A stretch of 64,000 nt of DNA, taken from NCBI GenBank assembly GCA_965153355.1, contig OZ231126.1, forward strand, positions 16,492,001 to 16,556,000, in the 5' to 3' direction. Below, in pieces: positions 41,772 to 54,215 of the stretch. The stretch is from Flaccisagitta enflata (taxonomy: Eukaryota). Both the position numbers and the translations under genes were made by a program. The notes under the pieces were generated by a model, which ran no database searches, had not been told where the DNA came from, and saw nothing but the letters and a program-made list of their open reading frames with translations. Every line of letters starts with the position of its first letter. Position 1 is the stretch's first letter.

Positions 41772-42344
41772 CTGCCCGCCAAAACCCCACTTTGGGGTTT
41801 TCTCCATTTTGAAAGTTGTGAATTGTCCAAACTCTACAAGAAAGGATCTTGCTAGAAATTTTAGTTGGTTGTAGGGGGAAGGGGTCTCCTGTCTAGGATG
41901 CAGGACCTCCGCCCTGATCCCAGAGCCTGGGAGAATGAGTTTGGGAATTTTGTTGAAGGCAGAAATCATTTCTCATGGTTTGGATCACAATAGGTTTTGA
42001 AATTGTACATTTTTTGAAAAGAATTGGCTATGGCTGCTTCAAATTCAATATCAACACAATAGTTGGGAAAGGGATCTCCTGTCTAGGATGCAAGACCTCC
42101 GCCCTGATCCCAGAACCTGGGAGATAATGGGACAACAACATAGGGATCTCGCAAATGGCAGAACCCACAAAGTTCGCGAAATGGAAATCCATCAAAAAGA
42201 CCCTACCAAGGTCAAAAGGTAGAAGGTCAAAAGGGCAACCCCGCCCAAGCTGCAAATGGCGGCCAAAGGGAGGACACAAATGCCGGTGGGTCGGCTCAAG
42301 GCACTGTTGTTAACTCACTACATAGCACCACAAACCATGAAAAA

Positions 42345-45206
42345 ATGGCTGTGCTAAAAAATTTCAAGGCGGTTCCAAAAGAGAAACCGAATTCTACAGT
42401 GCGTTCTCTCATTGATGATGGATCTCAGCGAACGTGGATAAAAATGCATACAGCCAAATCTTTGAAACTTCCTGTCGTGCGTCGTGAATTGCTTGCCGTA
42501 GCAACTGCTTTTTCGAGCCAACCTAACACACCTAGACTTTATGACATTGTCAAAGTCAGCCTGAGAACCAAAGATAGTAGGTTCATGGAAATGGAGGCAG
42601 TGGTATCTCCTGATGACAAACTTGTATCTGACATGCCTGCGATACGTTTTGATCCAACAAAAGAGTACCCCCACTTGAAAGGAATCAAATTTGCCGATGA
42701 TTACCCTCGTGACACTACCGAGGTTGAACTTCTGATTGGTAATGACTACGCCAATCACATCCAAACAGGAAGAAGAATCATTGGGGGTATTGATGAGCCC
42801 TGCGCGCTGGAGACCCTGTTTGGTTGGATTTTATCAGGGAATATTTGCCATGAATCAGCAAATGTTATCTCCACAAATAATGTGCAGGTTACTCGGTTGG
42901 AAAATGTGCTCGAAAAATTCTGGGAGATCGAAGACATACCGAATCCTAATTCACGGATGAAAAATATCTTGGACGAAGAAGTCCATGAAAAATTCAAAAA
43001 GACCATCACCTATGATGAGTCAAAGCAGCAATACATGGTTGAGATACCATACAAAAGTGACGTGGAAGACTTGTCGGACAATTTGGCACCAACCAAAGCT
43101 CTTTACCAAAAGCAAATGAACATGCTGGAAAAAGATCCAGAGAAGATGAAAACGGTCCAGGATATATTTGATGGACAACTGGATCTAGGCGTTTTAGAAC
43201 TTGTTCCGGAGGAAGAAACACCAACTGAAAAGGTCCATTATCTTCCATGGCATCTTGTTCTTCGCCCCGGACATCCAACCACTCCTACCCGAATCGTTAA
43301 AAACGCCTCATACAAAGGTCGGAATGGGATTTCACTCAATAGTGCCCAACATGTGGGCCCCAATCTGTTACCAGACATTGTTGGTTCTATCTGTAGGTTT
43401 AGAACAGGCAGTGTAGCCTTTACCACAGATATTACAAAAATGTTTTGGCAAATCAAAATTCCATTGAAGCAACAAAATCTCCATCGCATCATCACACCTC
43501 GAGGAACTGCCAAACAGACGACTGTTATGTTCGGTGAAAGTTCATCACCATTTCTCTCAATGGCCACTTGCCAGCATCATGCAGAACGCGAGGACAGCAA
43601 GCAAAAATTTCCAAAAGCTTGTCAGCATGTGATGGATGACCTTTACATGGATGATATCCCTTCAACTGCAGATTCGGTGGGAGAAGCCGTGGATGCTTTA
43701 ACACAAATAAAGGGATTCTTCACCAGCATGCATATGAAAGTGCACAAGATCAACAGTAACAGGAAAGATCTTTTGGCACAAATTGATGGCACTGACGACA
43801 GAGAGGATGCAAATGTGCTTGGACTGAATTGGAACACAATCACTGATTCCCTCAATGTTCCCTCTAAGGAATGGGATTCTGTCCCATTAACAAAACGGGA
43901 ATTTCTTCAGGGGATCTCTGCATTTTGGGACCCCCTGGGCCAACGTGCCCCCCTGATTTGTTGGGGCAAAATGATCATGCAAAAGATTTGGCAGCATGGA
44001 TCAAACTGGGATGACCCACTCCCGGAAATTCTATGGCAGGAGATAGAATGTTTCAAAAAAGCGTGTCTGTTTGTTTTTGAAATCCCACGCTATTTCGGTG
44101 TGCCCATAGTCTTGCACATTTTTGTGGATGCCTCAGAAGGGGCGTACGCGGCTGTAGCCTATGTCATAACTGGAAAGGGCTCCTTCTTCCTCCTCTCAAA
44201 AACTAGGGTTAAACCCCTCAAAGTCGTTAGCCTTCCTTGTATGGAATTGTTGGGTGCCGTTCTTGGTACAAAACTTCTCAATTTCCTCAAAGCAGAGGTT
44301 TTCAAATCTCAAATTGAAACCTTCATGTGGTCTGACTCAACCATCACATTGGGATGGATTGAATCCTCATCTTCACGTTACAAACCCTTTGTCGGAAATC
44401 GCATTGCGGACATTCAACGCACTTCCGCCACCCACTCCGCTAAATGGATGTGGGTTCCTGGAGATCAAAACCCCGCAGATATCCCTTCGAGAGGGACTTG
44501 GCCACTTCATGAAAAACAGGCCAAACTCTGGGCACATGGGCCAGAGTTTTTACAGACGGGTGAATGGCCAACTCAACCGGAGGTGGAAAAACCAGATCTT
44601 GAAAAGCGTAAAATTGCGATAAACGTTGCTCAAGTCACGCCTCCCGTCATTCAACTAGAACGTTACAGCTCGTTTGAAAAAATGCTTCGCATCGTCACTA
44701 TGGTGTGGCGTTTTGGGTGCCCTTTGGCGGGGAGGGATGAGCCCCTTGCAAATCAGCGGAAAAGGGCACTCCAAAAAATCATCTCCATGGAACAAAAAAT
44801 TTTCTTTGCGGAAGAATATTCATGCCTTCAGAAAAATCAACCTATACCGCGAAATTCTCGGCTCATTCATTTCAATCCAGTTCTGGAGAATGGCATCATG
44901 AAGATGCAAGGGAGAGTAAGCAAAAATCTCATAATCCTCCCGGATAAATCTCATCTTACTCGACTGATAATCAGAGATGCACACATTTCTAACCTCCACG
45001 CAGGGCCAAACCAAACCCTAGCACACCTGCGTCAAAAATACTGGATTATAAAAGGCATGACTGCTGTAAAAGCGGAAACCAAATCCTGCATGAAGTGCAA
45101 GCGGATTAACAAACCTCTGTGCCAGCAGAAAATGGCAGATCTACCGGATTTTCGAAAAAATGCTTTGCCGCCCTTTGCCCACCCAGGGACGCCATTTAAA
45201 GTTTAG
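42345..45206 (+). CDS. Bel/Pao pol fragment: aspartic protease, RT, RNase H, integrase zinc finger; lacks gag and the integrase core (frame open from 42144)
   Basis: LIDDGSQRTWI, LLIGND, ETLFGWILSG, YLPWH, DITKMFWQI, FGESSSPF, YMDD, WDPLG, HIFVDAS, WSDS, NPADIPSRG, H-H-C-C; ends at MADLP...PPFAH. Confidence 0.92.
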   Translation: MAVLKNFKAVPKEKPNSTVRSLIDDGSQRTWIKMHTAKSLKLPVVRRELLAVATAFSSQPNTPRLYDIVKVSLRTKDSRFMEMEAVVSPDDKLVSDMPAIRFDPTKEYPHLKGIKFADDYPRDTTEVELLIGNDYANHIQTGRRIIGGIDEPCALETLFGWILSGNICHESANVISTNNVQVTRLENVLEKFWEIEDIPNPNSRMKNILDEEVHEKFKKTITYDESKQQYMVEIPYKSDVEDLSDNLAPTKALYQKQMNMLEKDPEKMKTVQDIFDGQLDLGVLELVPEEETPTEKVHYLPWHLVLRPGHPTTPTRIVKNASYKGRNGISLNSAQHVGPNLLPDIVGSICRFRTGSVAFTTDITKMFWQIKIPLKQQNLHRIITPRGTAKQTTVMFGESSSPFLSMATCQHHAEREDSKQKFPKACQHVMDDLYMDDIPSTADSVGEAVDALTQIKGFFTSMHMKVHKINSNRKDLLAQIDGTDDREDANVLGLNWNTITDSLNVPSKEWDSVPLTKREFLQGISAFWDPLGQRAPLICWGKMIMQKIWQHGSNWDDPLPEILWQEIECFKKACLFVFEIPRYFGVPIVLHIFVDASEGAYAAVAYVITGKGSFFLLSKTRVKPLKVVSLPCMELLGAVLGTKLLNFLKAEVFKSQIETFMWSDSTITLGWIESSSSRYKPFVGNRIADIQRTSATHSAKWMWVPGDQNPADIPSRGTWPLHEKQAKLWAHGPEFLQTGEWPTQPEVEKPDLEKRKIAINVAQVTPPVIQLERYSSFEKMLRIVTMVWRFGCPLAGRDEPLANQRKRALQKIISMEQKIFFAEEYSCLQKNQPIPRNSRLIHFNPVLENGIMKMQGRVSKNLIILPDKSHLTRLIIRDAHISNLHAGPNQTLAHLRQKYWIIKGMTAVKAETKSCMKCKRINKPLCQQKMADLPDFRKNALPPFAHPGTPFKV
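45177..45194 (-). promoter_or_regulatory. Primer-binding site complementary to the tRNA-Asn 3' end
   Basis: Minus strand TGGCGTCCCTGGGTGGGC; plus strand GCCCACCCAGGGACGCCA equals the recalled last 18 nt, including CCA, of metazoan tRNA-Asn(GTT). Confidence 0.85.
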
Positions 45207-45792
45207 GCGTCTTAGGGTAATGGTTGGTCTGTTAGTCGGCTGTTAGAACTAAGAATAGGCTAGAGCTAATTCTGAATAAGTAGAGACAACTGTAACACGT
45301 AATAGCTGCTGATAAAGGATGAACTAAGTATCTCAAGTTTTGAGTATCAAGAGGCTAAATATACAAAGCCCAGTTTCTTACGAATATATAGAATTTATTA
45401 AAGGATGAGAAGGAAGGTTGTGCGCAGAGAAAGGTTTGAATCAAGACTGAATAAGTGGAAAAGTTACTTTCTTACGATGCAGTTTTCACACACAAAGAGA
45501 ATAACAGTATTCAGCTAAGAACGTAATAGAATTACAGTATCCAATCAGAAAACAGAATGCAATAATATTGACCAATAGGCTTTCATGCCATTTCACTTTT
45601 TACCGGAACTAAATTGTAAATTATAAGTTACAAAGTTCTCTTTCTCAAGAAATCATTGTTTTAGTTACAACGGAAAAGCTGGCGCCTTCTCTGTCTGGAA
45701 ATTTATAGGATATTTGAGAGGATAGAAAGAGATAGACAGAGACAGAAAGATAGAACAGAAAAATGGTCAAATTCATAATTCCATTTTTAATA
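45195..45792 (-). repeat. 5' LTR (minus orientation)
   Basis: Direct repeat of 41174-41771 (one substitution noticed by eye); directly followed on the minus strand by the PBS. Confidence 0.9.
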
Positions 45793-45943
45793 ATGTCAGA
45801 TCATAAACTTCCATTTTTGTAATACTTGAAAATTATGAATAGAAAAACATCAAACGCTGAATTCATGTAAATTGAATATCAATTGTTTATAAAGATTTCT
45901 GTCGCCACTTTTATGACCCAATTTGGGTGTCTATTTTGCACAG

Positions 45944-46013
45944 GTCCCTGGCGGTCGTCGTGATCATGTTTTTTCTGTGCATGACGCCTTTCTGCATCAC
46001 AAAACTAGTCAAG
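45944..46013 (+). CDS. GPCR exon, TM6; TM1-3 and TM7 exons not located
   Basis: ttttgcacag acceptor, gtaata donor; SLAVVVIMFFLCMTPFCITKLVK (FxxCxxP motif), in phase with the previous exon. Confidence 0.85.
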
Positions 46014-48242
46014 GTAATAAGAATTTGATACTTAATTTCAACGACATTTTTATTGGATTCAGTTTTATCAACAACATTGACACTCAATGAAACGCAACAA
46101 AGCCATAGGGCATGGGGCCATTTTAGGTGCAGTTACACTTCGCTGTAACAAACCCCAGGCGTGATTTTTCTTCTTTCTTTTCGGGTAACAGATATTTTTC
46201 CTTTGAATATTCTGACTTGTCTATCATATTCTTGTCAAAAAGGTTAGTTACCCTGAGGGGTAAAATATGAATTTTCATTTATTTCAATCATTTTTGCTGC
46301 AGGATATTCAACGTGGAAAGACACCAAGCTGAGGTCATTATTTGGGAAAGAAAATGAGGCGAAAAAAAATTGGTCCACGTATAATGGACAGTATATAACG
46401 GTTCTTAAAACATGCTAGTCGCGCACAGACAAAATCAGCCCAATCAAATATTCATTTGCCCTCCCTTTTGTGACAAAATGACCATGGTCCCTCCATATGT
46501 CGAAAGCGAAATGAGGAGCTAATTTGCATGTTGCCGTGGCAAAACTGATTTCAGTATTTATAACAATGTAACGTCGTCCCAGATTCATCAACACTCAACT
46601 CTGATGTGTGTTGCATTTCTAAATTACCGAATAAAAATCCTTAATTTCTAGGATCGTTTTGATTGCATCACAATAAAGAATTATGATAAAGGTTGTTATG
46701 AGTCTCAATTCTATTCAAATTTACAAAATCATAAATTACCAAAAATTGGTGTTTTCTAGACGCGTGGAAGCTGTTCACACACCTTCCGGACTACCTTCTG
46801 AGGGCATTTTTAGATGGCGGTGGATCTATCCCGCCCAGAAACTACTGGCGCTGGGTAATGATTTTGGGGGAGCTACAATAGTCCAAGAAGCAGAAGGCTG
46901 AAGGCAATCAAGCCTTGGAGTGATTAGCTGCAGAAGTTGAGTGAGAGCAGGACAGCGGCCCCAAAGGGCCGATGTCCTGTTGGACACCGGGGTGAATTTC
47001 CAGACGTCCTGAAAAGGCACATTTGAGGCTTTTGGGGCTACTTTCCTTGTTATTCATTGAGAACATTGAATTTTTTTTCCATTCCATTGTAAATTTTCCA
47101 TATTATTCAATCTGAATTAGTATGGCCCGTAAAGCTATGTTATGACCCATCTCGATATGTTTACAGCACTAGAGGGTGTTTAGAAGATATTTGTAAAGTT
47201 TCAACTCATTTAGATGAATTTTAGCAAATTTACTTTTGATTTTAAAAATACTACTTTTTTGTCTTTTCGACGTCATTTCGAGCCTCCGATGACACAGATT
47301 TCCCGCTAGATCGAACCTTAACGAGAGCATGCACATGCAAATTTGGTAATTTTTTTGGTTATTGAATAGTACTTTGTGTGGCATTAGTAAGCTAGTCACT
47401 ATGTATTGCACGCTCCTTTTTTACAGTCGCAGACTTGACTCTATGATAGGCATTGTCCATCTGCCCATTTGGTCCATCAGTCTGTCTGTGATACTCAAGT
47501 GATAGTATCAAAATACGCAATTTCCCTGCCTGCCCCCTGTCTGCGACGCTATTGAGACCCAACGCTAATTATCTTTTCCTTCTTCTCCATCTTCTTGTTC
47601 TCCATCTTTTTCTTCTCCATCCTCTTCTTCTTCTTCACCTTCTTCTCCTTTCTTCTTCTTCTTCTTCTTCTTCTTCTTCTTCTTCTTCTTCTTCTTCTTC
47701 TTCTTCTTCTTCTTCTCCTTCTTCTTATTCTTCTTCTTCTTCAACATCTTCAATATGACGCGCAGCAATGACAATGATACATGGTACATGCTCTTTCGTA
47801 CATTGGAATCATGGCCCTTTCATCGACCTTCTTCTTCTTCCTCTTCTTCCTCTTCTTCTACTTCTTCTTCTTTTTAGTCGCGTGCTACGCGACTCTACAC
47901 CCCGCTTTGTCGGTCCGTCCGTCCGTCCTTCCGTCCGTCGGTCCTTCCGTCACACTTTACTTTTCGGCCTTTATGGGCTTTTTGGCTATACCGCTCCTGC
48001 TCAAATGCTCCACTGACCTTGAATATGACCCCTGCCCACCCGCACGTGACTGGGGTAGCCGTGTATCCGGCCTTGTTTCTTCTCCAGTGTGTTGGTTGGG
48101 CGGTCTCGGCCGCGGAAGGTGTGGCGACAGGTCATGGTAGAATACCATGAGATGTCTCCCCAATCATGCCGTGTATGGGGAGGTCATGTTAAGAATTGCT
48201 TTGATAAAGTTGTCGATATTCTCTGAATGAATCCTTTTTTTA

Positions 48243-48770
48243 GCAGCGGCCCCAAAGGGCCGATGCCCTGTAGGCCACAGGGGTGAATTTCCTTACATCC
48301 ATCCATCCTTACGTTTGTCCGTCTGTCCATTTGTACATCCCCCAAAGCTTCTCAATTCTCAAGTTCCCATTGAATAACATGGAAAAATGACTAAATGCTA
48401 ACTTCCCATTGAATAACATCGAAATTATTCCAAAAAATAGAAAAATGCTCATTTCTTAATGAGTAACTTGGAAAATTGACAAAAAAATGAAAAAAATTTG
48501 AAAATCCAATTGGATGATATGGAAAATTGATAAAAAAAAGAAAAAAAAATTCCCATTGAATAACAGAAAACTGATAAGAAATTTTTGAAAAATGTAAAAC
48601 TCCCTTTGAAAATCATAAATTGCCCCTTAGGATGTATGGAAATTTACCCGTGTCCTACAAGACATCGGTCCTTTGGGGCCATTGCTCTGCTCTCACCCCA
48701 CTTCTTTTGCTGATCATTCCAAGCAAGGCATCGGGTACCGTTGACCATGTGCGATTCTTGGATGACTTTT
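48243..48770 (+). mobile_element. Second HINE-like family (other copies ~46950, 50400-50705, 51410-52005, 63480 onward), often carrying 21-bp minisatellites
   Basis: Subterminal IR gcggccccaaagggccgatg...catcggtcctttggggcc, GTCC repeats and a shared 3' tail (catcgggtaccg.tgacca). Confidence 0.6.
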
Positions 48771-49503
48771 TTATGTGAACAAAAAGTTCTTGCTCTGGAT
48801 GATGTCCAGTAAGCACTAATTGGACAAATCATCGATTTATATCTATTTCTACGTCAATAATTGAACTTATTTTCATCGAGTAAAGATTTTTTTTTGAGAT
48901 AGTATATACGCATATGGCTCTTGTTTCATATGCGGGCAGTTTTTAAAACTCTCCGTAAATCATTGTATTTGCTGCCCTTCACATCACTGCCTTAATATCG
49001 CTTTTTCAGGCATTTACACTATTCTAATTCCTTTTCACCTGTTTAGATTTTGTCTTATAAAATCGTCACATATATTCAATCTAATGATGCCTTTATATGC
49101 AATCTTTGCCTGTCAGTCCGTCCCAAATTTTGAACTTTTTTGGATAAACATTGGGTATAGAGGTTGTTTCAAAAGCTAAACAATGAAAGGAGGGAAGGAC
49201 GGAAGGAATGGAAGCAAGGTCGGAATAGAAAGGAGTAATGGAAGGTAAGAATGAATGAAGGAATTGAAGATAGGAATAGAAGGAAGGGAGGAGGGTAGTA
49301 ATGGAAGGAAGGCAGGGAGGAAAAATAAAAGAGAATAATTCTAATTTAAGGAAGTTTGGATCAAAAGGGAGGAAGGAAAGAAATGAAGGGAGAAAATAAA
49401 GGAGGAAGGAGGGAAGGGAGGAATGGAAGGAACAAGGCCGAAATTCAACCTATAGATGCGTCCTTTGCGCTCTCGTCCTGTGACTGGGCTTGTCATCGCG
49501 CAC

Positions 49504-49560
<57 letters not shown>

Positions 49561-52479
49561 CTCTTGCGCGATTTTGCCCGATTTGCTCGATTTAACACAA
49601 GACAAATGCGACGGACGGACGAACGAACGGATAGACGGACGGACGGACGGACGGACGGACGGACAGACAGACGGACGGACAAAGCTTCTTACCGAGATTC
49701 GAGAACGCATTTGAAAATGTTATAACTTAATGTTACAAGAGAAGAATGATTTGAATTACTGACTTGTGGCGGTTTACTTTCCCCACTTGATTGACGACTG
49801 TCTATGTATTGTATACATACATATCATATGCTGTAATTATGAAATCTGTTATAAGATCATATTCAAAACTATCATCATGTAATTTTTCAGTCGTGTGTGT
49901 CATTGTAAAACAAACATGCGACTGTTGCCCTCTTGGGAATAATGAAATTAGACTAGTTACGAGTCGCTCTCAGGTTCGCTTGATAAGCTCATTTGCATAT
50001 TGCGGTTTTCGATAATTTTGACATTGTGGCGTGTGAAAAATGTATTTTATAATCTTGTTTGCCATTTTATCACATAATCGAATTCTCTCTTTCCCTGATT
50101 GTAACAATTTATGTCATTATTGCCCTTAAGATGAAAGAATGACTTAATAGGTCTTCTCATGAATCTGAGGGTCGAGCAAAAATGGGGTAAAAATTCGAGC
50201 GAAAATTAGCCTTTGACATGTCATCTTTAAATGAAAAGTAAATTTGCTATTCGATAGAAATATTACTTTTTCTTTTTTCAAACACCATCACAAAGGTCCA
50301 AAGGCTTCATAACATATCGAGATAGCATGGTAACTTTCACATTATTGCTACAACGGTGCATACTATCTGAATATTGCATTTATTATTTCAAAATTTTGTC
50401 AATTTTCCATGTTATTCAATAGGGATTTACCATATTTTAAAACTTTTAGTAAATTTTTCATGTTATTCAATGGGAATTTCATATTTTTTTCATTTCTTTA
50501 TCAATTTTCCATGTTTTTCAATGGAAAATTTTGCATTTCTTCAATTTTCCATGTTATTCAATGGGAACATGAGGTTTAGAAGCTTTGGTGGGGGGGGGGC
50601 GGACGGACGGACAGACATACGGATGTACGGACGGTCGTACGGACGGACATCTGGAAATTCACCCCTGTGTCCTACAGGATATTGGCCCTTTGGGGCCGCT
50701 GCCCAAAAAAGGCTGATTTTAGTAATTTTTGTATGTCTCACTGACTTTCATAGGGGTAAAAAATACCAAAATCACAAAATAAGTCAAGGTGATCACAATT
50801 TCAAACTGTATTTCAATTTCACCAACGGCATTGACATTCGATGAATTGACCAGTATTTGATTTTCAACTTCAGTTTCACCAACGACATTGACACAAGATG
50901 TAAGGAAATTTATTCAAAAGCCCATTTGAAGGCCTCCATCCAATAGAAACAAGCACCAAAAGCGTGACACGAAAGGCAACACAAACTATCAACGATTGGG
51001 CCGAAGTACTGTCCACAGGCTTCAAGTGCCTATTTTGACAAAAAAGAGTTGGAGACAAAAAAAGAAAAAAAAAAAGAGAAAAAAGTATTTATGATATTTT
51101 AACCATTTTTAGACAAGTTTTTTTTCAGCAATCGGTAATGTGGGCAAGCCTGCGACTTTTATAAACCCACTGGTCAACTCAATTTGTTGCCACCTGGGAC
51201 ATTTCAAAGCTCAAATAGACATCAACCTCATATTGAGAAAGGAAAAAATAATCATAACTCAAAAAATATTGATTGAACGGAATTCTGCTTGGCGCCATCT
51301 GAAAGTGAAAAATCAGTTCTTTCTTAGCCAGCCATGAATTTCATGCATAGTCCAATTTGCCCCTCCAAATAAGCTTTCTCAAACGCTTCATGAGAAATAG
51401 TCGCAAAAGCGTTAGATGGTCAGCGGTACCCGATGTTCCCAAGATATTGTGTATGAGGATGAGGTGGTTAGAGGAGTAGCGGCCCTGAAGGAGCAGATGA
51501 CCTATGCTTTCACATTTTGGAAATTCTCTCCTCCTTGGAAATTTGGAATTTGAACCTGGAGGATGGGATTTGGGCTTTGGGGCTGGGATTTGAGCTTCGA
51601 GGCTGGGATTTGAGCGTCCAGGCTAGGATTTGGGCCTCGAAGCAGGAAACAATATTTTTGCTTGTTACATCATGAATTTCAGCTGGGCCGGTTTATTGTG
51701 GAAATGACCTACACAATAACTTGATTGGGTATACAATGATAATGCAGGGATTTGCGCCTCGAGGCTGGTATTTGAGCCAAAAGGCTGGGATTTGCGCCTT
51801 GAGGCTGGTATTTGAGCCTCAAGGCTGGGATTTAAACCTCGCGGCTGGGATTTGAGTCTTGAGGCTGAGATTTGAGTCTTCAAAGCTGGGGGGGGGGGTA
51901 GGGATGGAAGGAAGTAGAAGGAGGTGTAGGAGGAAAAAATTCCCCGTACGTGAGAGCATGAAAGGATAGGTCATTGTCATTGACCCCTTCAGGGCCGCTG
52001 CCCTCCAAAAACCATAACCATAAAACCTCTGCAGGTCTCAAAAAGTCGAAAATACTTTGTTTCTTTGACTTTTTTCCAAACAAGGCGGGATACACGGCAG
52101 TCCAGTCTTGGACGGTTTGGCTGGAGCTGTAATGCAAAAACTACTCACAATTCAAAAATGTTACCAACGGACAGGCGGACTGACAGACCAACCGACACGG
52201 CAAGTTGTAGAGTCGCGTGTCCGCGGTTTTAGATATCATTAACAAGTGGCGTTCGCCATTATGTGTTTCTAAAGAGGAAACATATAGAGCTTAGAGATAA
52301 AAATAACTATATCCATTTTTAGTTGCGGACACGCAACTCTATAAGAGGCTTTGTCCGTCCATCCGTCCGTCCGTTGGTTGGTCCGTTGGTCCGTCACGCT
52401 CGAGTTGAAAAGTGAAAAAACGCGCATTTCCGCCCCTGCCCACCCTTCCGCAACTGGTGGCCGTGTATCCGGCCTTGTT

Positions 52480-54215
52480 TCAAAACATTTTTGTATGGTC
52501 TACCAAGGAATCAGTTGCAATCCTTACAGACCAATGCAAAACAGGACAAAATGTTAGACGATAGACTAAGAGATTTGATAAATATGATATCTTACCAGAG
52601 ATTATTCAAACCAGTCCAAATTAGCACTAAGAAAGATAGAGATTTTTATCATATTCAATTCAGAGATCAAGGACTGGATCATATTAATATAGGCCAAATA
52701 CTTAGGAATAAAAGTGTCACAGATAAAATTCCAATTTATTTTATTGATAAAGAGCCTCCTATAGTTGGATACAGATTTAATGAAAGTATTGCAGGAAAGA
52801 TATTCAATTATGATTATAATCAATTATAAGGAGGCCTTGTCGGAAGAATCGATTGGAAGTTTTGAAAGTGGTGACATTTAATGTAATTGCCAAAATTCCA
52901 TTTAAAAGGATGACCACTATGGTCATGTTATTACTGGAAATTTGGGAATTATAAAAGATGCATTATTGTTTTTATATAAAGACTTAAAAGGAAGAGTTGA
53001 TGAGACCAGGGCAAGTAACGTATCAATTAACGGATAAAAGACAGGATACTATCAATAGAGATATAGTTAATTTTTCAAAAAAAAAAATTGAAGTTCCAGA
53101 GTGTATGGGAGACCTACCTCTGATTTATTGGATACCTAAGATGCATAAAAATCCTATAGGCAATAGATTTATTGCAGGATCCAAATTTTGTTTAATCAAA
53201 ATGCTTTCAAAACACTTTTCTAAAGCTTTAAAATTACTTTTGCATCATATGAAAAATTATAATAAAACAGTTTTTGAAAGGACAGGGTTGAATCATTTTT
53301 GGATTTTGGATAGAATTTTTAGAAAAAATGAAATCTGAGAGGATCAATCATATGGAAACATATGATTTTTCCATTCTGTACACAGCCTTGCCTCATAGAG
53401 AAAAAAAACATAGATTTTCCGCTTTTTTTCAAAAAATTTTTTACAGGGAGGCAAGGCCATACATAAGTGTCAATATGCAGGGGGCTTATTTTAGTCCTTT
53501 AAAAGTCAGTGGTAGATTTTCTTTCAGATCTGAAGATATACAGGAGATTTTGGAATTTATTTTAGATAATATATATGTAAAATATGGAAAGGATGTGTAT
53601 AAGCAAATGATAGGAATACCTATTGGTCTTGATTCTGGACAGGATATAGCTAATCTGCTTTTATAATTATAGTTATAAAACAGACTATGTGGGGGAAATT
53701 TCTAAGGTAGATCTTCCTTTAGCAAGAAAATTTAAGCTTAATGAAAGATATATAGATGATCTTTTTGTAGCTAATTTTCCGACCTTCAGGGATCATATCT
53801 ATAGAATATACCCTCGAGACCCAGAAATTAAATTAGAATCTAACAATACTCTTGAGGTAACATACTTAGATTTAAAAATCAAATCAGAAAATTCTATACT
53901 TAATTTTTCTGTCTATGATAAACGTGATGATTTTTCTTTTGATATTGTTAATTTTCCATTCATAGACAGCTGTATACCAAAAAATCGGCCTTGGGAGTTT
54001 TTTATAGCCAATTGATAAGATTTGCTAGATTATCATCAAGATATGCGGATTTTTTAATCCGAAGCAAAACTTTGGTGGACAAACTTATGACCCAAGGCTA
54101 CAAAATTATTGATTTAGGAAGACTAACATCTAGATTTTTTAAAGAAAAACATGATGTACTAATAAATTATAATATTCCTAGTACAGATGACTTTATCAAA
54201 AATATTTTTGATTAA
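52480..54215 (+). mobile_element. Decayed, 5'-truncated Penelope-like element, Naiad type (RT at the C-terminus)
   Basis: CNC...HYGHVITGNLGII linker (~52882-52955), YWIPKMHKNP..RFIAGS, YDFSILYTALPH, GIPIG...ANL, RYIDDL, YDKRDDF.F.IVNFPF, SQLIRFAR; several frameshifts and stops; no C-terminal GIY-YIG. Confidence 0.85.

Larger units (their letters stand above)
41174..45792 (-). mobile_element. LTR retrotransposon with Bel/Pao internal sequence, rearranged and non-autonomous, in the GPCR intron
   Basis: Two 598-bp near-identical LTRs, TSD ATGTC (41169-41173, 45793-45797), PBS on the minus strand. Confidence 0.93.

Noticed and set aside
45177-45194. tRNA-Asn gene
   Set aside because: Only the last 18 nt with CCA are present; this is a PBS with no cloverleaf upstream.
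46800-46830. WRW motif as a downstream gcl exon
   Set aside because: The context does not match the GMCL1 WRWTGF segment and it lies two gaps away.
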